Position numbers and translations under genes: made by a program | Assembly (NCBI GenBank): GCA_024137785.1 | Contig: JAHRHZ010000145.1 | Location: 32,113,336 to 32,177,335 of the forward strand | Direction: 5' to 3' | Origin: Ginglymostoma cirratum | Taxonomy: Eukaryota | Length of the DNA stretch: 64,000 nt | In this document: one piece after another, positions 1 to 13,850 of the stretch | Layout of the letters: each line of letters starts with the position of its first letter | Numbering within the stretch: the first letter of the stretch is position 1 | The notes under the pieces: generated by a model | The model's input: only the letters and a program-made list of their open reading frames with translations | Database searches by the model: none | What the model was told of the DNA's origin: nothing

Positions 1-339
1 TGCTTTATGGGGTCACCTTCTTTCACTGGCCATGTTCTGCCCTACATAGAACTCTTCTCTACTGAATGAATACTCCCAGCCAGCCCAGGAGAAGTCATCA
101 ATCATTTTAACTGCCTCAGTTCCTTTCTTTAAAAATGGACCAATGGTGAGACTGAGCTAACAAAGGGCACTTCAGCCAGCAGTGGGAAATTCTATGTCCA
201 CCTTCCTCAAGAGTCACCCCCACACTGACTACTACAAGTTCAGTCCATTATTTCCATGGATTGAAAGGCAATTTCAAGGCCTAATCTGTCCTTTTCAAGC
301 TAAATGCAAAATCCCTCAAAAAATTCAAAAAAACTTCCA

Positions 340-1675
340 AAATAAGGGTATAAAGGAAATGCCAAACAATTATAGGCCAGCTAGTCTTACTTTGGTGGTG
401 AATAAATTGTTAGAATCAATCTTGAGAGAATGAACAATCTGTCACTTAGAAAGGCATGGGCTAGCAGGGATAGTCAGCGTGGCTTTGTTAAGGCAAAGTC
501 ATGCCTTACAAATTTGATTGAATTCTTTTAATAAGTGACAAGGAGGATCAATGAGGGTACTGCAGTGGATGTTGTCTACATGGGTTTTGGTAAGGCATTT
601 GACAAGGTCCCACATGGCAGACTGGTCAAAAAAGGAAAAGTCCATGGGATACAGGGTAATGTGTCGAATTTGATCTAAAGTTGGCCTAGTAACAAGAAAC
701 AAAGAGTTGATGGTTGCCTTGCAAATGGAATGCTGTTTCAAGTGGTTTTCCACAGGGCTCGGTGTTGGGACCCCTGATTTGGATTTGAATGTTAGGAGCA
801 TAATTGAGAAATTGACAGATGACACAAAAATTAGCCATGTTGAGGACAGCTGTAAGCTCCAAAATGATATAGATGGGTTGATGGAGTCAGAAGGAAAGGC
901 GCAGATAGAATTCAACTCTGATAAGTGTGAGGTAGTGATTTCAAGGAGGTCAAAATAAATGGGAATGTACTGAGAGGAGTAGATGAACTGAGAGATCTTG
1001 GCGTGCAAAAGGTCCCCAACAGTACAGGTCGATAAGGTTGTAAAGAAAGCATATGGAATGCTGTCCTTCACTGGCAGAGGTACAGAATATAAAAGTAGGG
1101 ATATAATGGTGAAACTGTATAAGTCAGTGATGAGGCCACAACTGGAGTATTGTGTGCAATTCTGCTCACAACATTACAGGAAGGACATAATTGCTCTGAA
1201 GAGAGTGCAGAACAGGGCTGGAGAATTGTAGCTATGAGAAGACATTGGAGAGTTGCAACTGTTTTCCTTGGAACAGAGAAGGCTGAGGGGTGACATGATT
1301 GAAGTATACAAAATTGTGACGGGTAGAAAAAGAGTAGTCAGAAGGAACCTGTTTCTCTTGGCAGAGGGTTCAAAAACCAGGGATTTTTGATTCAAGCTAA
1401 GTGGCAGAACGATTAGAGGAGATGTGAGGAAAATCCATTTTATGCAGAGGGTGGTGGGTGACTGAATTTGTTGCCTGAGTTGGTTGTAGAGACAGAAACT
1501 CTTTTAAAAAGTACCTGGATCTTCACTTTAAATGCTGTAAACTGTAGGGCTGTAGACTGTGTGCAGGAAAATGGAATTAGAAAGGGTATCTGTGTGTCTT
1601 TGCATTGGCATGCACAAGGTGGATTGAGTGGCCACTTTCTGGGCTGTATCATGTCTATGCCTCTATGGCTCTATG
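340..1675 (+). mobile_element. CR1 LINE, 5'-truncated, decayed RT ORF2 plus 3' UTR
   Basis: Peptides NYRPASLT, LTDDTKI, FNSDKCEV and LYKSVMRPQLEYCVQF; (CTCTATG)n-like tail at ~1655-1675. Confidence 0.93.
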
Positions 1676-2089
1676 TAATTTGAAAATAATGGTTAATTAG
1701 GGAAGTCAGAATTGTGACAGTCAATAATTTACCTCAACAGAATCATAAAACTAATTAAGCTTGCTGTTATTTCTAAGAAAATGAAACAGCATTTTGGATG
1801 AAAAATATTCATGGTAAAATTTTTAAACATTGCTGTCAACATTGCATCATTCCACCATCCTGCTGACAGCTTCACAAAATCACCATTTTGCCATGTACCT
1901 CATCATTCACATGCAATGGAAGCCATGAAGTTGCTGTGCTTCCATGATGGATATGAATACAACACAACACAGATAATTAGAACTGGTAGCCAGTAAGAAA
2001 AGTACCCTTTCCACATGTGACATTTGTTCATTTATATCATCATTAACATATTAAGTATACAAAGGAGAAATATAACAGAGATTTAAATT

Positions 2090-4520
2090 TGATAAAGCTA
2101 ATTTTACCTAGAAGGAACAGAGATTGATGACAGCAAACTATTCAAAATTCATATTGACTGTAGACGAACAGTGGGAATTGTTCCAAAAAGAATTTTGTTC
2201 ATACAGGTCTAATGAATGCCACTAAGGAACTCTATTTGCTGCACTGAACATCCATGGTTGACAATAGAGATAAAACTGAAGGAAACAGTGAGTGAAATTT
2301 AATGCCCATCCATTAACCTTGGTGAGCTAAACAGTGAGGGGGCAAGTGTGTGGACTCCACTTCTTTTTCATTTGCATCATGATTAGGTCCATCCTGGGAA
2401 AGGCCTGATGTAGCCTTTATGAATAAGAGATGGTACTATCGAAAGTGAAAGTTAGGAAATTACAGATTGTTGAAGAATTGCTCTGAGTCAGTCTTCCCAG
2501 TAGAGGATGAAAAAGTCTATCTTTCATTCAAGGAAAAGTTATAATGAATCAAGCGCTGGAACTCACTGAAATTAACAAAAAGTGGTCATAAAAACAATGG
2601 TAATAAAGACAAATAAATTCCTTATTATTTAAGGAATAAGGACCTATTGGTTTGTACCCTGGAAAGGAACTAGCAGAAGAAATTTCAAATGCTAAGCAAT
2701 AATCTCTTAAGGTTCTTCCAATTCAAGAATTCTCTCTAAATTGGAAAATTTGAGAAAAGTGACTAACTTATTGAGAAAGAAGTGAGGTAGAGCAATCAGT
2801 AAATTATAGATCTAATAGTATAACGTCTATTGTAGGAAAGTTATTGAACTTTCTAATTAAGGACAGAATGGCTGCCCAATTAGAGAAATTCGAGCAGATT
2901 AAAGACAGGAAACATGGATTTTTAAACAGTAGGTCACATTCAATGAAGCTAATTGATTTTATTTTGAGGAAGCAATTAAAGTAGCAAGTAAGGAAATATA
3001 TAGATATTTTCAATATCTATAGATAAGTTACCAGGAAGTTTTTTTTTAAATAAGGTTCCTCATTAGGTATTCATAGCTAAAGTTGTAGGTAATGAAATTG
3101 AATGGTTGACATCAGAGCTTAAAGGTTGGTTAGACAGTATCCAGGCAGATACTTTTCTAGTCAGAGTTTCATTCCAACTGATGCGTCACAAAACTTCAAC
3201 ACTGATTACTTGTTCACCATATTTATATACACTCCAAATTCTCACCCAATTATCCCCAGAATAGCACATAATCATCACCTGTTCCCTACTTCAATTTAGT
3301 TCAGGTAACTGTTGAAAGAAATTGAACTGGATTATTGTTCTAGTTAAGAGTTTTGGATGACAGTAAAAGACGTTCTGTATATATGTGCTCAAATGGACTG
3401 AAGTGATTAGTGGTATCCAGTATGGACTAGTGCTTGAAATTCAACTCAATTTATTAATGACTAAAATAACATTATAAAGCGCTATATATATGTGTGTGTA
3501 TATATATATATATATATATACACACATGAGTTTGTCAATTGCATAGATTGAATAGTAGTGGATATAGGAGAACAAAATTTTAGAGATATTAATAGATTAA
3601 GTCATTGGATAAAATTGTGGCTGATGGATTTCAACATAGGTAAGTGTGAAGTCATCAATTTTGAACTAAAACAAGGTAGTTCCGAATTTAATTTTAAAAG
3701 AGAAAAGCTAGGATCAGTTGAAGTTTGAAGAGACTTAGAGGTCCATGTACATGTATCATTAAATGCAGCAGTCGGAAAGAAATTGGATTGACCTTGGAAG
3801 AAGTTGTGCTACAATATAATGAAGTGTGGCTATGTTTTCTGTACACATAACTGGAGGAAATATGACTTAATATATCAAATAATTCCAACACAGCTTTTAC
3901 TTGCTATTAGAAAGTAAACACGTCACTTTTAAGTTCTCAAACTTTGTAATACCAAATCAACCTCTCAACTCCTTAGTGAATGAAGCTATAATTTTTCATT
4001 TAACCAATCCCATAAGCGTGGTTCGTGTTTCTTTTCTTCTTCTTTTGTTTATTAACAAATAAAGACAAGTACAGTGCAAATTCATAAAAGTATTATTAAA
4101 GCTCTAAGGTTTTGATCATAAAGAGAGATTATGCAGGCAATTATATTTCCTGGAATAGGTTAAAAGGTGACTTGATAGAGGGTTTTAGTATTTTGAAAGC
4201 TGAAGCCACAAACAAATCAGCTATGATCTTATTGAATTGTTGTGCATCAATGGGCTGAAAAGTCAGCTCCTGCTCCTAATTTGTATGTTCCAGTGTTCAT
4301 ATACCATATTAACTGATATGGTAAATAGAGAAAAACATTTTCCACTGATCAGTGAACCTAAGACAAACAGATATAATCTTAAAATCAGTGCCAGGCTATT
4401 CAGGCAAGAAGAAACACTTCCTCACACAAAACACTGTAGATGTATGGAACTCTGACAAAAAGCCATGGATGCTAGCTCAGTTAATCATTTTCAATGTTGC
4501 AATCAATCTATTTTAGTTAT
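2090..4520 (+). mobile_element. Old, heavily decayed CR1 LINE fragments (ORF2 to 3' end)
   Basis: Degenerate CR1 motifs: aattatagatctaatagtataacgtctattgtaggaaag (NYRP..LTS.VGK), catggattt (QHGF), ttcaacataggtaagtgtgaagtc (FN..KCEV), and 3' UTR-like pieces at 4200-4500. Confidence 0.7.
3483..3526. repeat. (TA)n/(TG)n/(CA)n compound microsatellite
   Basis: tatatatatgtgtgtgtatatatatatatatatatatacacacat. Confidence 0.9.
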
Positions 4521-5751
4521 AAAGGAATACGGTAGGTGGATGGAGGCTCGAAGCTAATGTCTGTTTGTATGTTAATTGTTATTAGCTTAGCTGACTTCAG
4601 AAGCATTTACAAGTGGAGTCTCATTCCTTCAGGTTTTGAATCTTTCAGTGAGACTTTTAAAAAGTCACTTTTTGTCATACATTTTCTTTGTCTCTCTTTT
4701 TTCTATTATCTCTCTTAATTTTATCTTTCTGTACTTAACCTCTTTATCAGCCCTTCCACTTATATCCAGTTCTTAAATCTCATTCGGCCAGGTGATGACG
4801 TGTTTGTTGCCCTGAGTAAAAGATTTTAAAAGTGTCCTCTTTCCACAAATGTACTGTTATCAGCTCCCAATTACATCAACATTGTGGGCAATAGTTTTGA
4901 GCTGAAGAATGCAGGTACAAGTTTAAATATTGACGAACTCTGCTAGAGGCCCTGGTATAGCAAAATCTAGCCTATTGCCTTGAGAACCTATTCTGGTGAA
5001 TTGAACACCGAAGATTCCATGTTAACATTGAAATGACATTCAACATTAACACCTTGCTTTTTCCTGACATAATCTGTTTCTTAATTTTCTGTTTCAAATA
5101 TATTACATATTTAAAAAAAGAAAAAGCTAAGCATTTTTTTGTTTGAACATTTGATTACAGTATTTCAGTATAGAGCATAGGATGCTCATTTAATATTACA
5201 TATTGAAGCAAATTGGCATAAATATTAAGAAATCATGAGTGTAGCATCATAACACAAAAAGAATATCTAACCAAACTTGTTAGAAAATTGCAATACCAAT
5301 CTAATAATGTTGTGCTTCAGGCAGACTTTTTTCTAATTTACAATAAAGATTCCATTGAGACTTTAAAATCACTCTTTTAATAGAGTTTGCCTATGTGCAT
5401 ATATTGATATTTCTGTTAAAAAGATTCACAGTAAAATTGGCAATCAAGTTTAATCATGCAAGAACGGCTCACATATACTGTGATATCCCTATCACAAGGA
5501 CACCGCTACTATTGTAGTATATCACAGTTAGTGTCCCTATTATAGCAATTCAATGTATTCATGCTATGTGCATATTACTTATATTAGGCTGTAATAAAGG
5601 CTGTAAAATTATGTTCCAAAGCACCAACGTTGCAGGCACTACAGGTCACCCAAAGGCATAAAATGGTGTGGGCTGCGCTTCTGACCACTTCACTACGGCT
5701 CAAGTAGCTAGCCACGCTAGGATGTGTACCACCGTGAGTATATCACAGATG

Positions 5752-5985
5752 CTGGGTATCCGTTAGTCATTTGGCTAGATGGCTGGTTTGTGATACGGTG
5801 ATGCCAACAACAAGGGTTCAATTCCTGCACTATCTGAGGTTACCATGAAGGACTCTCCTTCTCAACCTCTCCCTTTGCAAAGGTGTGGTGACCCGGAGGT
5901 TAAACCACCACCAGTCATCTCTCGCTCTCTCTCTCTCTAATGAGAGGGCCGCCCTATGATCCACTAGGTCTATGCAAATTTACCC
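5752..5985 (+). mobile_element. tRNA-derived SINE (family also at ~18865)
   Basis: A-box-like 5' end, B-box gggttcaattcc, and body (gaggttaccatgaagg...ggttaaaccaccaccag) shared with 18865-19072. Confidence 0.7.
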
Positions 5986-7871
5986 AAAGCGTATATACTA
6001 AACGCATCACATCAGGTTAAATTGTGGCATTTTGATTTGATACACACTTCTGAAACTTTGACCATGGCGTTCCATTAACTGTTTGTTACAGTCAATATCA
6101 GCTAAATATGTGTCAGGTAGCATGAGGGTCCTCCCAATAACACTAAATTGATAACATGCAGGTGAGATGCTTGTGCCTGATCTCTGTTGTGAAGAGATTA
6201 ACAGAAATATAATGGCTTATAATCTGCAGGTGGGCCTGAGCATTCAGGGACAATAGACAACTGTGTTACCTGTAAACTGCAACAGTTTTAAAGGACTGCA
6301 GTTAGTGTCTCTGCATCTGTAATGACTAAGAATGTGACCGGAGTGACCAGGAGAGAGAGGGAGAGGGGGAGAGAGGGAACATTTTTTTTTGGTAGCTGGA
6401 AGGAGACGTTAGAATGCCTTCCATCTGGATGATGTGTTTGACAGCACTTGCTCAGACTGTACTTCTCAGCAAACATCTTGCCTTTGCCACCACAGATCCA
6501 CTGTCCCCACTAACAATTCATCTGGTATGCACAATTAATGTCACCTTGACTTAACAACCTACCCCAAAAGCCAAAACAATATCCCTTCCATAACTTCTTC
6601 ATCCAAAAATACAGCAACACTAAAACAAAAATGAACTATTCATCCTAATGCTTTTCCATTGTGTCGGTCTTGCTGGTGACCTTGGCTGAGCCTATGGCCT
6701 TAAATAGCATTGCTACAGTGGCTGTAGCATGAACGGTTGAAATCTGCTGACTCGTAATGGAGAAGATGGATTTTAAGGTCAAGTCGAGTAGTTCACTTCC
6801 CTGGCCACCTGATTAATCCTTTATCAGGGTACCTTTGAGGGCTTCCTACATCCCAGAGATCCTCAAAAAATCCCCTTATTGACTTCATTGATTAATTCTG
6901 GGAAGAATTGCATTCATGAATAGTGGAGCCATCTTTCTGTTCTGGTAATCCACCATTCTTCTCTCCAATTGTAGACCTTGCAGCCAGTAAATCATTATTT
7001 TATTCAGTGCCGAGCTTGAATCCAGTTGGAGCACATGCTAGACTCATGTAAGGAGGCAATATGTAGTTGTATGATGCTTATATCAATGAGACTTATTCTT
7101 TATATTTTAATGCCATTGCTACTTATGATATTTCAAATGATTTCAGTGATCCGCAACAGCGCAATTTCAATGTGTTCATTGCCATTCTTGTTTAAAGTTG
7201 TTGTCCGTTCATGCTGAGTTGAACCAACAAACTGAAAATCCACAATAGGGTGTAAAACAAATTGTTCCATGTTTTTCTTGCATATGTTTCTCCGGATAAC
7301 TGATATCATATGGCAGAATGTTTAGGATATATTTCATACATATATTCAATTTTAAGCAATGGAAGTTAATCGCCAATTCATTGTGATGCTCAACGTTCAC
7401 CATCACCTATTGAAAACAGTAGTAATTAGTTGAGCACTGCCTACAGAATAGAATATGGAAACCTTCATTTGCTTCAGAGGTTTGCAACCAAGTAGCAAGG
7501 TAAAAAAACATTCAAGGCATAGAGAATGTAGGATTTCAAAAATGGAGATGCCAGAAGTCAGGAACCCAATAGGATTCTGTGTCATTGAATAACATGACAG
7601 ATTTCATAGGCATGGTGAAGGACGGAATTTTCAATCACAGTGATAGCAGAATCAGGTGATCATAGGAAAGGTAAGAGAATTGGTCTTAACTGAACTGTTA
7701 TTACAATTCACAAGCAACTGGTAGATTCTTTAACTGAACTGAAATTTATTCTTAAAATTATGTTTATGAAATGCAATTAATGAAATAATTCAGACTGAAA
7801 TTCCAGGGTTTGTTTTACATCTAGTATATGCATATGCAGTCCAAAGGATTTTACTGCTAAAAGATATGATC

Positions 7872-9928
7872 AGCAGAATTTTCTCAGCCCTTAATGGCAT
7901 TAGCAATGGCAAGATCTTTGGGGGAGTATGGTGGGAATTAAATAATCTAATTCTCGCTGTTCAGAAAACTTTTGCTTGAGGGAAAATCCTTAAGTTTTAA
8001 ATGGCTAGATGAGAACCTCACTTGTAAGTGGTGAGGACATATTTCAATTCAATCACATCTCACTACTGGTTACTCTCAGTTTACTCATTTATATGTAGTA
8101 TGCGTTTCTCCCAGGTACTGCTCAGAAACAATTCAGAGCCAATTGCAGACTTGAAAGTAAGAGTAGTTAGCTGATGGATGAAGCTGGTGGTTAACTTCTC
8201 CAGACCTCCATGTTAACCTTCTTTCACCAACATCTCATAGCAGAGTCCACCTCCCCCAACCAGTACTGGATTTGGCATCAGCAAAGCACCAACCTCACCA
8301 CATCATCCTGGCTAATCTCAGACTAACTTAAGATACTTTAGCACTTCACCCCTGCACTTTGGAGACTCACTGACATCTTTCATTGTCCAGCTCCTGCCAA
8401 GTCAGACCACTCGCTGGAATACCTAGCCATCTCATAGAACATAGAACATAGAACATTACAGCGCAGTACAGTCCCTTCGGCCCTCGATGTTGCGCCGACC
8501 TGTGAAACCAAGCTGAAGCCCATCTAACCTACACTATTCCATTATCATCCATATGTTTATCCAATGACCATTTAAATGCCCTTAAAGTTGGCGAGTCTAC
8601 TATTGTTGCATGCACCTGCAAAGGACCTATCACAGTGATGTTTGCTTGTTTTCTTTGTGTTCACTCACTTTAAGCATACTTGGAGGCTCAAAGCACCTCT
8701 GCTCCATCTTGTGCTTTAGTGCATTGCTGTTTCTTGCAGAACCTATGGTCTCACAGCTTCTCTGGTTTGACTTGCTCTTTAGCACAGAACAGCAAGCAGC
8801 TTGCCATGCTTGTGACCACTGAACAGGCAAGGAGGTGGTCATGTTACTGTACAACTTCAAGTTACATCGATATTACTCCTACAGTATGTACCAGCAACTT
8901 CCATAGCAAACATTGCAAATATCAAGGTCTAAAAGTCAACTTGGAACAGTTCCTAGTCAAATGAAGGATTATGGCTAGTCACTTGGTGCTGCCATTCTCA
9001 GTCCAGGGTATCTTCCAATCTCATTCCAGGAGGGTATTCACAGTTGGTTGGGCATTTGGTGTGATCAGCCATCAAGGATCCCTATTTTTCCAGTCTTGGA
9101 ATAAGGCCATGTTCAGTCCTGCAAGCCAGGTCCAGGGATTACAGCTAGATCAGTCAGGGAGCTGTACAGAAATCAGTTAAAAGTCAGGGCTGGTCTCACA
9201 AGTTAGTCTGGTGAGATGGACTACAGTCAGTCATTGGGATTTAGGTCAAATAGTAAGGGGGTTAGCAGAGAAAGCACTGTGTAAGGGGAAAGTGGAACTT
9301 CAAATATTGTGATTGGAACTAATGAGCTGGGATGCATAAGGGATAACGACTGTGAAAGGAGGCAAATTCAAATACAATGGAGGGATCTGATATAACCTAA
9401 GAAGGCACGGGGTACTACGGGGCATGTTTTCACAAGTCACCACTACCTGGATTCAATGGGAGCCAGGCAGTGGTGGTGGTTATGGTGGGAAGGGGTCTAA
9501 TAGTGATTATTAGACATGGCTTTGTGGTAATCCAGGGGTTGAGGGAGAAAATAAAAGGCTTGGATGGGGAGTATCAAAGCTCATGGAATTCACAGGGACA
9601 ACTAGACAAAAGGGTACATGAAGAGTTAGGGCAGAAACTTGACTTTTCAGCTTGTGCCTGGAACTTACACTCAGGGCCACAATCCCTCAACAGTGCTCTA
9701 ACCTCCAACAAATTTTAATTGCATCACAAGGATGCAAAATAGCTGTCAGGGCACTCAGTGTGCAGGGTAGGTTTGTTTGGTTTAGTTTAGCCTCCAGGAT
9801 GGGTTGCATTTGTGGGCAATGTGAAGTCCTCTAAGAGGCAATTGCATTAATCAGGTATCCAGATGACCCATATCTGCTATTTAATTACATTGTATGTGAC
9901 CAACAATACATATTGAAAATCTGGGCCA
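7872..9928. mobile_element. Harbinger-type DNA transposon remnant with a degenerate Myb/SANT exon (8669-8800, minus) and a nested CR1
   Basis: Termini gcagaattttc ... gaaaatctgggcc. Minus peptide CETIGSARNSNALKHKMEQRCF..MLK|gtgagt resembles the other Myb exons in this window. Confidence 0.45.
8433..8610 (-). mobile_element. Young CR1 3' end with (ATAGAAC)n tail
   Basis: catagaacatagaacatagaacattacagcgcagtacag...ccttcggccctcgatgttgcgccgacc; CpGs are retained. Confidence 0.85.
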
Positions 9929-10081
9929 CAAGTAATCATAGCATGTCATTGATCATATCAAATTAATCCTAGTAATTGCTTTGAAGCAAATGTGATCACA
10001 GGCAACATCCTTCGTACAGTTTGTGTGCAATAGCATGGTTAGACTGAATGTCAAGTAACAGAGAGAAGGTGGAAGCAATAC

Positions 10082-10633
10082 CCTTGAGGAATGTAGAAAG
10101 TCATTGACCTTCTTATGACATTGCTATGCATTTCTTCTGACCGTGGACTTTGTGCTGACCTCGGTGTTCACTTGTTCCACGCTGGCAGGGTCTGGTACTG
10201 TGTCTCCATTGGCAGTCCTGAGAAGAAAGGATGGCTCTTTTCTCTACCAGCAAGTCCCCTAGGAGCTTCAAGCTGTAGTCCCTGAAATGGTGTTCCAACT
10301 TTTCTTGGTTGGCTCTGTAGAATCCTGTAGATGTTGAGTAGCAGACTTCAAATGGTAGTTCCTGGGCATTTGCAACATTTGAACTGGTGCATGGCTTGAA
10401 TGTAAATAGGGAGCCTGTAGCCACCACTACCAGAAGGTCCTGACATCTGGCAAGCATTTCCATCTCTGTTAGTGCACATTTTAAAGAGAAGGATTCCACA
10501 GAGGCCAGATGCATAACTAATGAAGTGGGCAGTGGAAGCTTGTGTGGGAAAGGTCACCATGGCCCACAAAGGAAAACCCTCCGTGAGTCTTGCTGAAATT
10601 GACATTTAAACAAAATATGGAAAGATTTGACCT
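10082..10633 (-). mobile_element. Harbinger remnant: Myb/SANT-like (NAIF1/MSANTD-type) exon 10310-10082 plus terminal region
   Basis: Frame-shifted minus peptide KLEHHFRDYSLKLLGDLLVEKRAILSSQD...QTLPAWNK..TEVSTKSTVRRNA*QCHKKVNDFLHSSR|GT. Confidence 0.75.
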
Positions 10634-11294
10634 GGTGTTTCTTCTTATGAAATCTTCAAATTCTGAGCCTTATTAAATATGTGATTTGGATTTAACAGAT
10701 GTGTGTGTGTGAAACACGAATTGACTTTGTATCTCATGTTAAGCATTTGATATTAAAGCCAATGGAAGTAAAACTGACAGATGTAAAAAATGCTATTGAT
10801 TCACTAGCAGCTATGTTACACTATTGACATCAAAATCTGCCCTATTTACTTTAAACAGCATAACTCATAACTAACTGCTCAGACATTATGATAACAAATG
10901 GTAAGCTTTATCCTATCTAAAATAGTCCCAAATAGAGTAGTTTTTATTATGCAAATTAAATAAATTACTACCTCAAGAATAAAGTAGTTGGGATCCGGAT
11001 GTAAAATGTCTTTTTTGTAACTGGTTGCTTAGTTACTGGTTGGGTAAATCAATGAAAGGGCTATTTTCCCATTTGCTCCGAATTTTGGCTTGGGTTTTGG
11101 TTCCTGCCACCAACTTGAGGCAGGTTGCCAATGTAGGTTTGTATCTCCCAATCTTCACCATCCTCATCACCACAGAACACACTCTTCCAACTGATGGCCA
11201 GAAATGTGTTCTTCTAGCTTTTTAAGTTCCATAATAATGTAGTTCCCATTGGGGAACTCCCCATGGCCTCTGGCAAAAATACATCAACAGAATA

Positions 11295-11315
11295 TAGGGT
11301 TAGGATTAGGGTTAG
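11295..11315 (+). repeat. Short telomere-like (TTAGGG)-type tract
   Basis: tagggttaggattagggttag. Confidence 0.55.
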
Positions 11316-12169
11316 TGAATGTTTTGTAACTTTATGTTTGAGCAATTAGGAAAAGAACAGAATCTGCTCTGTTTTTTTGAAACATCACTGGGAACCTAGA
11401 TGATTTACTTACGATGTGTTTTGTGTATTTCATTTTATGTTATGCAGTGGGACAGCAGGTCTTAGAAAGATTCGTCAAGCTCCAATAAGAATGGCCCTTT
11501 CTGGTGAGTGGAATTGCTGGTCCCCATCAGTGTCTGGACAGAAGGCAGTGGAGGTGGCTGGCCTTGGCTTGCAATTGCAGATAGGAGCGATATGGTATCA
11601 TTGCATTTTAAAAACTGGATCCCACTTCCTTCCTACAGCCATCCTGCTCATCTGGTCAAGGATAGGTTCATGAGGAAGCAACATCAGTGCGTGCGACTGA
11701 CTCTTTGTATTTTAACTGTCCCCTCATTAGTTTACACGAGGCAGGGGCAGTTAAAATTGGGCCCAAATGTTTTGATTGCCTGATATTGAAATGACTACCA
11801 GAGCGATACGATATAGATAATGCTGGCATGATAGACTGAATGGCCTCTTTCTCTGCTGCATGATTTGAGGATAACAGAGACAACTGCCATACTGGAATGC
11901 CATTATCTAAACATACAAATTTAACTGAGTGTTAACCAGCTTGTCTGTTTATACTGGAGGTTGCCCTAAAAACATTAGATTTGGGCAGAGCAAATGGAAC
12001 TTGACCTGACATTGCATAATGCGATCAGACATTACCACAAATGCTGACATTTCCCATTGTATTAGTATTTTGCGGATCAAACAAGATAAGTTTGTACAAT
12101 GGGTGGGAAAATCATCCATTGTTAGTATTCCTACTGCTCCAGTAACTCATACAACATCCAGATGTGTGA

Positions 12170-12395
12170 ATTAGGAACAAGAGAAGACCAATTGAACCTT
12201 CAAGCATGTCCAATTCAATCAGATCATGGCTGATTGAATTACTCTACACTCCAACCTAAACCAGATAGCCTTTCTCCCCTTTGTTTATTAAGAATCTAGC
12301 TACTTCTGTCTTAAAAAAAAAGTCAAAGCCTTTGCTTCTTTCACTTTTTGAGGAAGGGCATTCCAAAGACTCATGACTCCCTGAGAGAAAACAAC
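12170..12395 (-). mobile_element. CR1 3' end fragment
   Basis: gaattaggaacaagagaagacca...caatcagatcatggctgat...ttccaaagactcatgactccctgagagaaa. Confidence 0.7.
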
Positions 12396-12719
12396 ACCTG
12401 GACTGCAGCACTAACAAGGAAAATAATCCCCTTTAATTCACAACTCACCACTGCCTAGTGAGAAACACGCTGAGCTGCTTATCAAAAGTATAAAAAGGTG
12501 GAAGAGGATGCTTCCAATGTCACAAATCTGCTACAAATTTCACCATTGCCCAGGCAAATGTAGGATTCTGCTCCTTGATTTCCTCATGGTATTTTCCCAC
12601 CACCCCTCATCTATTCAAGACAGTTAACGTATCACCATCTCTGAGGATGACCTCCTAGTCTCCAGACTCTGATAAAACTCACCTCCCCCCACTAAATATC
12701 CTAAATCTTCCCTGAACTC

Positions 12720-12955
12720 GTTTCCAAAGGCAACCAGAGTGCAAAAAGTGGGAGGCCATTCCAGAAACTGTAGTAGGCATACCTCAAAATGGGTTAACAA
12801 CTTGAAGGGGGAAGCTACACTGTAGGACTACATCTAGGCATCATGCTAATGGGCAGAACTAAAAGTTTCCACAAACAACAGATTAGATCAGAACTTTGCA
12901 GTCTTGCTATATGCAGTCTAAATGGTAGTTTGACTATTAAACAACTGGAAGATGG
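12720..12955 (+). mobile_element. Fragment of a second LINE family (CR1/L2 group)
   Basis: Similar to 59105-59300 (gaagctacac...actacat...cagattagatcagaactttgcagtc...ctattaaacaact). Confidence 0.6.
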
Positions 12956-13099
12956 CCTAAGTTCATTATTTCTATGCCGACGATTAGGGCAGAAAGAGTG
13001 GTGTTCTAGTGAGAATGGCTGAAGAGATAGAATTATGCCTGGGCGTCATCACTAAACCGTAGCCTTGAGACTCAAGCGAAATGCACTGTCAGGAAAAGA

Positions 13100-13850
13100 G
13101 ATTATACCACTGGGAGGTGAACATGTGTAAAGGTGGTCCAAGTTGAAGTTGAAGGAAATTCAAAGGCTGGTTCTTTGGAGATAAGGAGATACAATCCATC
13201 AGGTGGAAGACATCTGGCTGAGTTGCTGACAAACCCATGGAACCTGTCTTGGTCGCATCTGCCATTCAATGTAGAATGTGATTTTTTTTTTGCCACAGTT
13301 TGCCTGTCAATTCATACTTACCTTTCATTAATTCTGGACTTCAGAGTAAAAGATAACTGTTGTAAATAGTTTTTACTTTATTGACTCTGTGCAGAAAATT
13401 TTATTTTGTCTTAAAACTGTGAAATCTTGTGCCTTTACTTTCTTAGCAGGATCGTGGATTCCACATTTTGTCTTTATTTTAGCTATCTGACGGGTGGCAC
13501 GGCGGCTTAGTGGTTAGTACTGCTGCCTCAAAGCGCCAGGAACCTGATTTCAATTCCACCCTTGGGCGACTGTCTGTGTGGAGTTTGCACATTCTCCCCG
13601 TGCCTGCATGGGTTTCCTCCGGGTGCTCTGGTTTCCTCCCACAGTCCACAGATGTGCAGTTAAATGGATTGACCATGCTAAATTGCCCATAGTGTTCAGG
13701 GATGTGTAGCTTAGGTGGGTTATAGGGGTATGGATCTGGGTGGAATGCTCTGAGGAGTCGGGGTGGACTTGTTGGGCCGAAGGGCCTGTTTCCACACTGT
13801 AAGGATTCTACTTTATAAAAGTACCAATCTCTGAATGGATCATAATATAA
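13100..13850 (+). mobile_element. Probable LTR remnant (Gypsy-type solo LTR) interrupted by an HE1 SINE
   Basis: LTR-like U5 text ending in ggatcataa after the SINE. Recognised from general appearance only. Confidence 0.4.
13492..13810 (+). mobile_element. HE1-type V-SINE
   Basis: tRNA head gggtggcacggcggcttagtggttag; V-domain tgtgtggagtttgcacattctccccgtg...ggtttcctcccacagtcc; CR1-like tail gggccgaagggcctgtttccacactgt. Confidence 0.93.

Noticed and set aside
499-1071. 190-aa minus-strand ORF
   Set aside because: Antisense shadow of a CR1 reverse transcriptase fragment.
5425-5441. Minus-strand GCCAATTTTACTGTGAA resembling ZNF804A exon 2 (ANFYCE)
   Set aside because: It is one T short (reads ANFTVN), and the flanks do not encode ALEDLK or LCDKQY; a chance match.
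13492-13565. tRNA-like sequences at SINE heads
   Set aside because: They continue into V-SINE bodies and lack an intact cloverleaf; not tRNA genes.
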